DNA of 29,397 bases from a virus: IMG/VR virus record IMGVR_UViG_3300021086_000003, positions 1-29,397 of that record. The stretch is one strand, 5' to 3'. The notes under the pieces were generated by a model. That model saw only the letters and a program-made list of their open reading frames with translations, did not search any database and was not told where the DNA came from. Position numbers and translations under genes: made by a program. Below are positions 16,971-25,015 of the stretch, one piece after another (the stretch's first letter is position 1; every line of letters begins with the position of its first letter).

Positions 16971-18164
16971 TCAGGGGCGACCCAGGTAGTTGGCGTCGGT
17001 GCCGGCACCGGTCTTTTCAATCGCGCCGCGGGCCGTCTGGTGTGCCTGGAAGTTCGCGGTCATCGCGTCGGCCTTGCTGTGGGCGGCGTTGAGCAGGTTC
17101 GCCAATTCCTGCAAGTCGGCGATCTGGCTGGCCTCGACCCTGGCGGTGCTGACGGCGGCGATCGAGTTCCGCACCCTGGCCTCGGCTTCGGCCAGAACCC
17201 CGCTGATCGAAGAGGTGAACTTGATGCCCGCCTCGGGGGTGATGGTCTGGCCGGATGCCAGTTCGAGAGTGTCGGTCATGGGTCCTTCTTCCTTCTGTTT
17301 GGTGGTTCGGGTGATGGGTGTAACCGTCGCCAGCGGACCCTGAGGGGTGGTGCTGGCGGACGTTTCGGGGACGCTGGCCGGCGCTGGGCTGGGGTCTTCT
17401 GCGCACACGGCGAGCGGGGGGTCTCCCTCGTGTCGGTCACCGCAGTCGTGCGGGTCGATCTGCCCCGGCTCCAGGTCGTACCTGTTGCCGCAGGCCACGG
17501 CCCCGCCAGGCTGGCCGTTCGGGACCAGCTTCGTGCAGACCCCGGGGTAATCGTCCAGCCAGTACCGGTGCCTGGGAGGCTCGCCGTCTGCCGGGCCATC
17601 CGATCCGGCCGGTTCGGGCGGTAGGTCTGCGGCCGGCAGGGACGCGTCCGCATCCGTTTCGATGATTGCTGCGGCGTCGTCGGTCCAGTTGATCACCCGG
17701 CCACGGTTGCCGAGGCGCTCCTCGGCCTGCGCAGCCCAGCCCCGCAACATCGCGCTGGTGGCTTGCCGGGCCCGCCGGAACGCGGCCTTCCATGCCCCCG
17801 GTTCGTTGCCAGCCTGCTCGTCTGCGGTGTTGCGGTCATCGATGGTGTCGATTCGCGTGCCCCAGCCGTCGATCCAACGCGCCAACCGGCCCTGTACGGC
17901 CCGGCCCACCGTGGGGCGATCCGAGCCGACCCGCGTAAGCCGCGCCGCGTGACGCGCCTGCCACCGTTCGTGGTTGTTCTGGAGCCGCTGCATCCGTTCG
18001 GTATGGCGGCGCTGCGCCCGGCCCGGGTCGTGCCCGAGCGACTCAGCCCAACCCTCGAACAGCTCCCGCGTCAGGAAGAAGGCGAACACGAAACACGCGA
18101 TCAGCAGTGGCAGCGGCGGCGGCAGGATTGCCACCAGCAGGAACGCAATGATCCCGATCAGCAT
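16971..18164 (-). CDS. Transfer-associated protein: N-terminal TM, low-complexity linker, C-terminal helical domain with internal start at 17279
   Basis: GAAGGGAG RBS; 397 aa; in-frame AGAAGGAAGAAGGA-CCC-ATG at 17279. Confidence 0.75.
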   Translation of the reverse strand: MLIGIIAFLLVAILPPPLPLLIACFVFAFFLTRELFEGWAESLGHDPGRAQRRHTERMQRLQNNHERWQARHAARLTRVGSDRPTVGRAVQGRLARWIDGWGTRIDTIDDRNTADEQAGNEPGAWKAAFRRARQATSAMLRGWAAQAEERLGNRGRVINWTDDAAAIIETDADASLPAADLPPEPAGSDGPADGEPPRHRYWLDDYPGVCTKLVPNGQPGGAVACGNRYDLEPGQIDPHDCGDRHEGDPPLAVCAEDPSPAPASVPETSASTTPQGPLATVTPITRTTKQKEEGPMTDTLELASGQTITPEAGIKFTSSISGVLAEAEARVRNSIAAVSTARVEASQIADLQELANLLNAAHSKADAMTANFQAHQTARGAIEKTGAGTDANYLGRP

Positions 18165-18177
18165 CGACTTGCTCCCT

Positions 18178-18612
18178 TCACCAGGCCGTGACGTTCAGGA
18201 CGTCAGGCACGAGCGCGCCGACGATGGGGATGAACGACACGCCGGTGCCGATCACGAGCGCGGCGGCCCAGAACGCGACGGAACGTCCGAACCGCGGTAA
18301 CGCCCACACGGCGAGCAGTGCCAGCGCGACCAGCGGAAGGGTGACAGCGGCCCACCCGATGTTCAGGCGCCGCACCGGCCCGCCGTCGGTGCGGGTGGTG
18401 AACGCGGCCTGTCGGGCGTAGTCCCACACCTCGATCAGCGACGCCGGCTGGGTGAAGGCTTCCGGGATGGTGTGGGCGTCCTCGACGCACACCTCCCACC
18501 ATTCGTGGAACCGGTCCAGTGGCGGATCGTGGTGTTCGAATCCCTCCTCGTCGGGATCAGTGGTGATGATGGTGTCGGTGTCGGGGTTCCGGTCGATGTC
18601 GGCGTGGGTCAT
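18178..18612 (-). CDS. Membrane protein (2 C-terminal TM), transfer/spread region
   Basis: AGGAGG RBS; ATGA coupling; hydrophobic C-terminal half. Confidence 0.75.
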   Translation of the reverse strand: MTHADIDRNPDTDTIITTDPDEEGFEHHDPPLDRFHEWWEVCVEDAHTIPEAFTQPASLIEVWDYARQAAFTTRTDGGPVRRLNIGWAAVTLPLVALALLAVWALPRFGRSVAFWAAALVIGTGVSFIPIVGALVPDVLNVTAW

Positions 18613-18800
18613 GGGGTTCGCCTCCTGGGTGCGAGTTGGGTTCGGGCGGTGCGCAGGGCTTGGACTACGAGGGGCCAGATGTCGTCGGTGTTGGTGGCGC
18701 GGCGGGCCTCACTGCGCAGCGCGTCCCACTCGACTTGGGCCCGGTCGGCGTCGGTGGTAGCGCTCGCCATGCGTTGCCGGTACCGGGCCCCGTCCGCCAT
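18609..18800 (-). CDS. Hypothetical protein (63 aa)
   Basis: Fills the gap exactly between coupled genes. Confidence 0.65.
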   Translation of the reverse strand: MADGARYRQRMASATTDADRAQVEWDALRSEARRATNTDDIWPLVVQALRTARTQLAPRRRTP

Positions 18801-18801
18801 T

Positions 18802-19341
18802 TCAGATGACCCCCAGCACCGAAGCCGACACCCACGTGACCGCGTCCACGCTCTGGCCGAGAGATACGGCGAGGACGCCGTAGGCAGCGAGGAACGCGAA
18901 CGGGGAGATCAACGCCATCGCGGAGTGAAAGATCCGGCGGCTCCGTTCGTGCCCACCGACATGCGGACCGGGTCCGCCAGGGCCACCGCCACCGCGCATG
19001 CCACCGCCGCGCCCACCGCTACTGGAGGGGTGCGCGACGTACCACAGTTCGAACGCGAAAACCACGGCGATACCCAGGGCCACGCCTGCGGCGATGGGGG
19101 CGGACGTGTTCGCGGTCCCCGCGATCATCACCGCATAGCCACCAGCGATCGCAGCGACCGGCACGCCGGCGGCAAGGATCAACCACACCCGCAGTTTCGG
19201 CAGCTTGTCCTTCCACACCGACCACGCCGCCGCGCCAGCGGCTACCACGAACGCCACGAACGCCACGCCGACATGAGCGGCTGGACTGCTCAACCCTTGG
19301 TGTGCGGGCGCCAAGGCCAGCAGGGTCCAGTTCTGATACAT
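18802..19341 (-). CDS. Multi-TM membrane protein with Gly-rich loop (Spd-like)
   Basis: AAGGAGGA RBS before ATG 19341; about 4 hydrophobic helices. Confidence 0.75.
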   Translation of the reverse strand: MYQNWTLLALAPAHQGLSSPAAHVGVAFVAFVVAAGAAAWSVWKDKLPKLRVWLILAAGVPVAAIAGGYAVMIAGTANTSAPIAAGVALGIAVVFAFELWYVAHPSSSGGRGGGMRGGGGPGGPGPHVGGHERSRRIFHSAMALISPFAFLAAYGVLAVSLGQSVDAVTWVSASVLGVI

Positions 19342-19377
19342 CGGTCTTCCTCCTTCTGGTGTTGACACCCGGACTGG

Positions 19378-19626
19378 TTACACAGCGCGAGCGACTTTGT
19401 GCCACAGGTCGTGGCACAAATTGATGGTTGCGGACTGATCGTTTCGGTGGTAACGCGCGCGTAGGCGCGCAGGCGCGTCTGCGCGCCTAGTCCTCAATCT
19501 GGCGGGGTTCCGGGCCAACCACTCCCCCGTGGCACAAACCCCTGGCACAACACGCTCCGTCACAGGCCGCGTCGTAGCGAACCAGCGCGGCTCCACCGGC
19601 CCGAACGGCTCTATCCGGCCCGTCAC
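19378..19626 (-). CDS. Hypothetical protein overlapping palindromic repeats
   Basis: GTGA coupling, but the sequence is dominated by dyads and may be non-coding. Confidence 0.4.
   Translation of the reverse strand: MTGRIEPFGPVEPRWFATTRPVTERVVPGVCATGEWLARNPARLRTRRADAPARLRARYHRNDQSATINLCHDLWHKVARAV
19396..19550. repeat. TGGCACAA repeat/palindrome cluster
   Basis: TTTGTGCCAC-AGGTC-GTGGCACAAA (19396-19420), further copies at 19529 and 19543, and TAGGCGCGCAG-N6-CTGCGCGCCTA hairpin. Confidence 0.75.
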
Positions 19627-19832
19627 TGGGCTTCCCGGCTGTAGAACAGCGTTGCCGAGAAGGGCTCTTTCGCGTCGGCCGGTGCCGTCATGTCCTCAAT
19701 GATCTGGATTGCGTGAATTTCCATGAACGGCATCGAGGCGGCTAGGTCCCGCAACTTGGCAAACAACTTGGCGTAGTTCCCGGCGGTGACCTTGGTCCCG
19801 ACCACGTCGGACACTTCCTGCTGCTCCGTCAT
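19623..19832 (-). CDS. Hypothetical protein (69 aa, MTEQQEV...)
   Basis: TGATG overlap, GGAG RBS. Confidence 0.65.
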   Translation of the reverse strand: MTEQQEVSDVVGTKVTAGNYAKLFAKLRDLAASMPFMEIHAIQIIEDMTAPADAKEPFSATLFYSREAQ

Positions 19833-20278
19833 CACGCTCCATCCTGTGACTGTTGGTAGTTGCGCTTGAGGTCGGCGAGGATGTTCCATGCGGTTGACCC
19901 AGCGGCCTTCAATCCGGCCAACCGGCCAACCGGTCGACTAGCGATGGCGGCAACCGGAACGGGGGTTAGTCCGTAGCGGTGGTGCTCACCACCCGGTAGT
20001 TGGTGCCCACCGGTTGTGTTCGTTCCGGGTTTCGTGACCGGTTGCCTGGTCTGGTTGTGCTGGTCACCGGCAAGGGTGCGGTTGTTCAAGGTGCGGTTGT
20101 CCCACTCAGTCAGAGCGGTTGCCCACCGGTTGTGTTCGACAACCGGCCCTGCGGTTGCCTGCGGTTGTGCGGTTGTGATTCGGCCGGTTGTTGATGCGGT
20201 TGCCTTGGCGGTTGCCCGCTGACCGGTTGCGGTTGCGGAAGCGGTTGCGGTTGCCGAGTTGCTCACTGGGTGTGTCAC
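19832..20278 (-). CDS. Low-complexity ORF overlying the CGGTTG repeat field
   Basis: Coupled at both ends (GTGA, TGATG); residues dictated by DNA repeats. Confidence 0.45.
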   Translation of the reverse strand: MTHPVSNSATATASATATGQRATAKATASTTGRITTAQPQATAGPVVEHNRWATALTEWDNRTLNNRTLAGDQHNQTRQPVTKPGTNTTGGHQLPGGEHHRYGLTPVPVAAIASRPVGRLAGLKAAGSTAWNILADLKRNYQQSQDGA

Positions 20279-20411
20279 TGTTCACCCGCTGCGGTTGCCC
20301 GGTTGTCTTCCGCGCGGTCCAGCAGCCACTGGCGGCGCACGTTGCGGCCGTAGTCCTTATTGACATTGTCAAACCAGTTGCGGGCCCAGTTCGTAAGCCA
20401 TGCGCCGGTTG
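19891..20411. repeat. CGGTTG/CAACCG repeat field, candidate cis-acting locus of transfer (clt)
   Basis: About 20 same-orientation CGGTTG copies counted by eye, plus about 4 inverted. Confidence 0.8.
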
Positions 20412-21447
20412 CATCGTTGTGCCGATCGAGGTAGCCGAAGATGGCGTCCTTCACGCTCATGTCCTCGGTCAGCCACTCGGGTCGCTCGGTCGGTGCTGCG
20501 AAGTCGATGACGTCGGCCGGCTTCGCGTGCCGCGGCTCCTGGTTATTACCGGCCGGTAGTGCGGGGGAGGCCAGGGCTGGCTCGGACGGCTGGGTAGCTG
20601 GGCGGCGTGGCTTGCCTGGCGCGTCTGCCGTCCAGGGAGACTGTTGTTCCAGGTTTGCGAGATCATCCGCGTGTCGCTGCACCGCGAGGTCGGCCAGCAT
20701 CCGGGACCGCGTATCTGGGTCGTGGGCCGCGTCAGATGCGCGCAATGCCCGCGCAAGCCGCCATCCCCGCAGGGGAGCGTTCTTCGTCAGCGCGAGGCGG
20801 GCCGCGCGGCGGGCCGCGCGCTCACGGGTACGGGTCTTGGCGTCTCGCGAGTCGTCGCCCAATCCGAACCGGGACAGGGCCCGCTCCCGCAGTTCCGCAA
20901 ACAGTCGGGCCCACGTGCCGGTGCGGTGGCTGCCGCGGTTGTGGATTTCGATGCCGAGCGCGAGGTGCAGCATCACCATCGCCAGCACTGGCCCGAGACA
21001 GATCCGGGCGAGTCCGGCGAACGGTCCCGCCATGACGACAGCCGCGTAGCCAGCGAATCCGCACAGCAGCCACGCGATCATGCGGGGCGCGCCGGGGGAG
21101 CCAGCCTTGCCGTCGGGGCCGGTCCGGCGGACATTGGCTCGCATCCCGATGGCGCACGCCACGAGGGACACCTCGACACCGGAGAACATGATGATGCGTT
21201 CGGTGCTGACGATGTGCAGGATCTCGCCGAAGAACCGCCACGACGTATCCAGAGACACGGTGACGCTGACCAGGCCGGCGACGTAGTAGGCCAAGGTGGC
21301 GCGGGACGCGTCGGAGGGCTTCCGCAGGGTGATGCTTCGCAGAGCCCGAGCAGCACGGCGGACCGCGAGCCCGAGCAGTACGGCTGCGATACACGCCCCC
21401 ACTGCGGCCAGGCGGCCGGTTGTCGTGGTGAGCAGGGTGGGGATCAT
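20275..21447 (-). CDS. SpdB2-like multi-TM spread protein
   Basis: 390 aa; about 5 TM helices, then Arg/Ala-rich coil, Pro-rich linker and small C-terminal helical domain; architecture and context fit actinomycete Spd proteins. Confidence 0.65.
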   Translation of the reverse strand: MIPTLLTTTTGRLAAVGACIAAVLLGLAVRRAARALRSITLRKPSDASRATLAYYVAGLVSVTVSLDTSWRFFGEILHIVSTERIIMFSGVEVSLVACAIGMRANVRRTGPDGKAGSPGAPRMIAWLLCGFAGYAAVVMAGPFAGLARICLGPVLAMVMLHLALGIEIHNRGSHRTGTWARLFAELRERALSRFGLGDDSRDAKTRTRERAARRAARLALTKNAPLRGWRLARALRASDAAHDPDTRSRMLADLAVQRHADDLANLEQQSPWTADAPGKPRRPATQPSEPALASPALPAGNNQEPRHAKPADVIDFAAPTERPEWLTEDMSVKDAIFGYLDRHNDATGAWLTNWARNWFDNVNKDYGRNVRRQWLLDRAEDNRATAAGEQ

Positions 21448-21548
21448 GTGGCGGCCTCCATGTGGCTGGTGGTGGACATGGCGGCATCCAACTCCTGGCC
21501 CCCGGTGGGGGTCGGGAGTGACACAGCCTGACCGCCGATCTCGTCCAC
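21444..21548 (-). CDS. Small hypothetical protein (34 aa)
   Basis: AAGGGAG RBS, GTG 21548, VDEIGGQAVSLPTPTGGQELDAAMSTTSHMEAAT*, ATGA overlap. Confidence 0.4.
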   Translation of the reverse strand: MDEIGGQAVSLPTPTGGQELDAAMSTTSHMEAAT

Positions 21549-21581
21549 AACCGCTCCCTTACGTCTCGCTTGTCTTGTTGG

Positions 21582-21791
21582 TCAGTTGCCGAACATTCGG
21601 CGCAGCATCCAACCCAGCACCGACTCATCGATCGCATCCAACTTCTCGACGTACGCCTTCCACGCTGGCGATCGAGTCGATGCCGCCATGTAGGCCGCCT
21701 CGTACGCAGACCGGTCGCTCGGGTCGGCAATGGCGCTGGCCATCGCGGCCAGTTCGACGTGCGCTTCGCGGTACATCTGCCGCACGCTCAT
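21582..21791 (-). CDS. Hypothetical protein (69 aa)
   Basis: AAAGGAAG RBS before ATG 21791. Confidence 0.7.
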   Translation of the reverse strand: MSVRQMYREAHVELAAMASAIADPSDRSAYEAAYMAASTRSPAWKAYVEKLDAIDESVLGWMLRRMFGN

Positions 21792-21928
21792 GGTGCTTCC
21801 TTTCGGGATGTCTGCTTTCGGCTTGATCCGCACTGCCCGGCCGGGTGCGTGCCCTGCACCCGATCGCAGGCGCAGTCACACAGGTCCAGGTACTCCTGAT
21901 CCGTCAACTCTCTGGCCCGGCGTCTCAT
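21788..21928 (-). CDS. Small Cys-containing protein (46 aa)
   Basis: ATGA overlaps at both ends; CDCAC...H...C. Confidence 0.5.
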   Translation of the reverse strand: MRRRARELTDQEYLDLCDCACDRVQGTHPAGQCGSSRKQTSRKEAP

Positions 21929-22263
21929 CCGCAGGGCCTCGACGTGACGAAAATCCAGTCCAGTTTCGGATCGGTTTGGGCCTCGCGGGCCATAGCAGAG
22001 CCGTCGTCCAGGTAGCTCCACGTGTCGTCGCCGTCATCGTCCGGGCAGGTGCCGCACCTGTAGGACGGGTCGCACCGGTTGGTGCCGGGGGTGCACACCC
22101 ACCCTGTTGGGCACCCGCTGGACTGGGCGGCCACCGCCGGTGCGGGTGGTGCTGCCGGCGTCGGCGGGAGAGTGGGCGGCGTGGTGCACGCAGCCGGTCC
22201 GCGGGCCAGCGCCACCGCCAGGAACACGCCTCCGACCACGTGCCGCGCTCGCATGGTGATCAC
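21925..22263 (-). CDS. Cys-rich hypothetical protein with hydrophobic N-terminus
   Basis: GGAGGT RBS; GTGA coupling; CPTGWVC...RC...RCGTC. Confidence 0.55.
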   Translation of the reverse strand: MITMRARHVVGGVFLAVALARGPAACTTPPTLPPTPAAPPAPAVAAQSSGCPTGWVCTPGTNRCDPSYRCGTCPDDDGDDTWSYLDDGSAMAREAQTDPKLDWIFVTSRPCG

Positions 22264-22592
22264 GCTGCTACCTCCGTGGTGGCGGGTGGTGTTGGCTCAC
22301 GCCTGCGGCGATGGGGGCTGCGCTGGATGGGTCCGCGTTCGTCGGCGGACATGCCGCCCCAGACACCGAAGGGCTCGTTGGTTTTGAGCGCGTACGTGAG
22401 GCACTCGTCTTCGACGGGGCAGCGGCGACAGATCCGCTTGGCGTCCGTGTTCGAGCCGCCCTTCTCCGGGAAGAACGCCTCAGGGTCGGTCTGTGCGCAC
22501 AGCGCGCGGTCCTGCCACTCCTCCTGGCCAGCCGCTTCGGTAGCAGCGGCGATCAGGGTCGCCAGCACGAACCGGCCTCTTGCGGCGGTCAC
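22260..22592 (-). CDS. whiB: WhiB family transcription factor (WhiB2/WhmD-like)
   Basis: WQDRALCAQTDPEAFFPEKGGS...AKRICRRCPVEDECL...FGVWGGMS: four Cys and G[IV]WGG turn. Confidence 0.96.
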   Translation of the reverse strand: MTAARGRFVLATLIAAATEAAGQEEWQDRALCAQTDPEAFFPEKGGSNTDAKRICRRCPVEDECLTYALKTNEPFGVWGGMSADERGPIQRSPHRRRREPTPPATTEVAA

Positions 22593-23068
22593 CGTGCGCC
22601 TCGAATCCGGGCGGCTGCGTCGCGGATCGCGTCGATTTCCGCGTCGGTGAACCCCCAGATCAGGGCGTTCGCCAGGGCTTCGTCGTCGTTGACCGCTTCG
22701 TGTATCGCCGCCACTACGCCACCAGGGACGGACCCATCCATCTCCAGTAAGGTGCCGAACTCGGCGAGCAGTCGCTCATCGCTGATCACCGGGCACCTCC
22801 ACTCCAGCCGCCGGGCGTGGTCGTACGCGGTGGCGGCATAGGCGCTTTCGGCGGCCGAGTCCGGGCCGCCCGCGAGGGCGAGCCTCTCGTGCAGGTGCCC
22901 CTTGGCCAGGTACCACGCGGCTACCTGGTCGTTGGTGGCGTTCGGGCCGGGGGTAGCCATCCACACGGTGGTGATCGCGGTGACCGCCAGCCCGCCAACC
23001 AGAGCTTCGGTGTCAACGACGGCGGTCATCCCTGCCACCCCGCCTTCGGGCAGTGACGTGGTGGTCAC
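22589..23068 (-). CDS. Hypothetical protein, possibly two fused ORFs (internal GGAGGT-GTG at 22789)
   Basis: Coupled at both ends; internal RBS. Confidence 0.6.
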   Translation of the reverse strand: MTTTSLPEGGVAGMTAVVDTEALVGGLAVTAITTVWMATPGPNATNDQVAAWYLAKGHLHERLALAGGPDSAAESAYAATAYDHARRLEWRCPVISDERLLAEFGTLLEMDGSVPGGVVAAIHEAVNDDEALANALIWGFTDAEIDAIRDAAARIRGAR

Positions 23069-23616
23069 GACTGGTCACCGCCGTCGCGCCAGCCACGGGT
23101 GAAGACCACGGTCAGCTTCTCGGCGATCGCGGCGTCCACGTTGATGCCCAACGCCAGGCCGACCGCGTAGGCGGCGGCCACCACGTTGGCCAGGTCGATT
23201 GCGGCGGCCGGGCTGGTCGCTCCATGCCCGTCCACGAAGTGATCTACGAACCGGCCGGTCCGCGCGAACAGCTCCCGTATCCACCGTTCGGTGGACAGGA
23301 AGTGCACCGTTGACGGGGCCACGGTTGCCGACCAGGCATAGGCGTGCAGGTCAACGTCCATCTCGTGGGCTGCGACGTGGCCCGTGATGACCACGTCGGC
23401 CAACTCTGCGGCCAGTTCCGCCAAGGTGCCGGTGCGGCGGGCCTGGCCGGTGTAGCGCCGGTACGCGCCGACGACCTCGCCTGCCTCCTCGGCGAGGCAC
23501 AACACGTTGCGGTCGATGGCCCCGTCGCCGTCGAACCCGGCTTCCCGGAGGCGGGCGGCGATGATGGCGGCGATCTCGGACAGCGTGCCGGTGGGGACGG
23601 GTGAGGTGTCGGTCAT
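23065..23616 (-). CDS. MazG-like NTP pyrophosphohydrolase
   Basis: LAEEAGEVVG...ELADVVI motif, GINVDAAIAEKL C-terminus; the frame stays open upstream to 23838, so the start is uncertain. Confidence 0.85.
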   Translation of the reverse strand: MTDTSPVPTGTLSEIAAIIAARLREAGFDGDGAIDRNVLCLAEEAGEVVGAYRRYTGQARRTGTLAELAAELADVVITGHVAAHEMDVDLHAYAWSATVAPSTVHFLSTERWIRELFARTGRFVDHFVDGHGATSPAAAIDLANVVAAAYAVGLALGINVDAAIAEKLTVVFTRGWRDGGDQS

Positions 23617-23834
23617 GCGGCGAGGCTGGCAGGACCGGCGGACAGCACGCCGGGGCGCGGGGCGGTCGGTCCGGGTGTCCTCGTCGGTGTCCTTCTCGCC
23701 GAAGGCGTAGACACGGTCCGTCGACACGGCCAGCGCGCTGGCCACCCGACCAATGAGGCGGGACTTGCCAGACCTGCTACCGGGCCACATGGGAGAGCCG
23801 TCGGGCCACTGGCCGACCTCGATGCCGCTGGCAC

Positions 23835-24059
23835 TCACTGGGCACCATCCGGGTCCAGGTAGTCGGCGCGGTCCCGCAGCTTCGCCGTGGTGATGGCGAG
23901 CGCGTCCGGTGCCTCCTCGATCAGTCGGCGGAGTTCCTCGGCGACCGCGATCCGGGCCGCGCCCTCAGCGGCGTAGCCCAGCGGAGCGCCCTCATCGAGG
24001 AGGGTGTGGAACTCGTTCTCCGCGTAGGCGGGCAGGGCATACAGGATGACGTCGCTCAC
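23835..24059 (-). CDS. Hypothetical protein (74 aa)
   Basis: GTGA coupling on both sides. Confidence 0.7.
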   Translation of the reverse strand: MSDVILYALPAYAENEFHTLLDEGAPLGYAAEGAARIAVAEELRRLIEEAPDALAITTAKLRDRADYLDPDGAQ

Positions 24060-24223
24060 CTGGTCACCGCCGTGCGGGGTTCGGTCGCGGCGTCGGCCAG
24101 AGCGTCGTACAGGGCGGGGTCGACCTGGTCCAGGGGCCCGCTCTTGCGGAGTTCCGCAGCGATGACGGACACACGGGTCGCCCGGATCTCGGCGAGGGTG
24201 CGGGGGCCGGTCGCTGTCGTCAT
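24056..24223 (-). CDS. Hypothetical protein (55 aa, MTTATGPR...)
   Basis: TGATG overlap with upstream gene. Confidence 0.6.
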   Translation of the reverse strand: MTTATGPRTLAEIRATRVSVIAAELRKSGPLDQVDPALYDALADAATEPRTAVTR

Positions 24224-24501
24224 CAGTGCCACCCCGCCAGGATCAGGGCGTTGTAGCCGTAGGCGACCAGGCCCGGGGGGTTGCTGGTGGACAGCAACTC
24301 GTCGTTCTGCAACTCGCGGACCTGCTCGGGGAACGTGCCGCATGCGAGGCGGGCCTTGCGGTCGCTGGCCGCACAGGACGCCAGCACGGTGAGGTGCTCG
24401 TTGGTGAGGACCAGGCCGGAGCCGGTCTGCACGATCGGGTCGCCGACGGAGTCCACGTTCCCGGTCAGGGTGGGTCCGGCGGAGGTGGTGGACATGGTCA
24501 C
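24223..24501 (-). CDS. Hypothetical protein (92 aa)
   Basis: AGGT RBS, GTGA overlap. Confidence 0.65.
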   Translation of the reverse strand: MTMSTTSAGPTLTGNVDSVGDPIVQTGSGLVLTNEHLTVLASCAASDRKARLACGTFPEQVRELQNDELLSTSNPPGLVAYGYNALILAGWH

Positions 24502-24833
24502 CGGACACCTGCCAAACCGAGCTTCCGCGCCTCGGTCTTGTTCAAGCACAGGACGAACTGGTCGCGGTAGGCGGCCATTTCGATGCGCACGAGCGGCTCA
24601 GTGGGGTCCTCGCTGAAGATCCGTACGATCTTCTGCCTGGTCGGCAGGTGAACGCCGTGCATGACCATCCGGACCTGACTCCACGCTCGGGCGTCGTCTT
24701 CGGTTCTGCCGGCAACCCACCAACCGGGCTGGACGCGGTACGACTCGCGGTCGCTACCGGTCTCGTCCATCTGGGCCACGAGTTGCGGAGTGAGGGTGAT
24801 GTTGGTGCCGGCGGGGGTGGTGGACATGGTCAC
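24498..24833 (-). CDS. Hypothetical protein (111 aa)
   Basis: GGAGGT RBS, GTGA overlap; likely the real 3' part of the 24498..25595 ORF call. Confidence 0.7.
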   Translation of the reverse strand: MTMSTTPAGTNITLTPQLVAQMDETGSDRESYRVQPGWWVAGRTEDDARAWSQVRMVMHGVHLPTRQKIVRIFSEDPTEPLVRIEMAAYRDQFVLCLNKTEARKLGLAGVR

Positions 24834-25015
24834 GCCACCTCCGCCAGGGTCTCGGGACCGAACAGGGCGGCGGTGACGCGTGCCGAGTCGGCGAGGCGGG
24901 CCGCGGCGAGGCGGGCCCGGTTGCGGCGGTTGGGCCGGCCGTGGGCGATCGCCATGGCGTCCTGGACAGCGGTGGATGAGGTGAGGCTCCGGCGCTTGGC
25001 GGTGTTGCGGGCCAT
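24830..25015 (-). CDS. Small basic protein, first gene of the leftward block
   Basis: GAAGGAG RBS, 61 aa, Arg-rich. Confidence 0.7.
   Translation of the reverse strand: MARNTAKRRSLTSSTAVQDAMAIAHGRPNRRNRARLAAARLADSARVTAALFGPETLAEVA

Noticed and set aside
14743-18164. Type VII secretion system
   Set aside because: Single ATPase domain with a C-terminal winged helix fits TraB; no EccB/EccD/MycP or WXG motif
19891-20411. CRISPR array or tandem repeat
   Set aside because: Six-base motif with irregular spacing, no long repeat-spacer units, no cas genes
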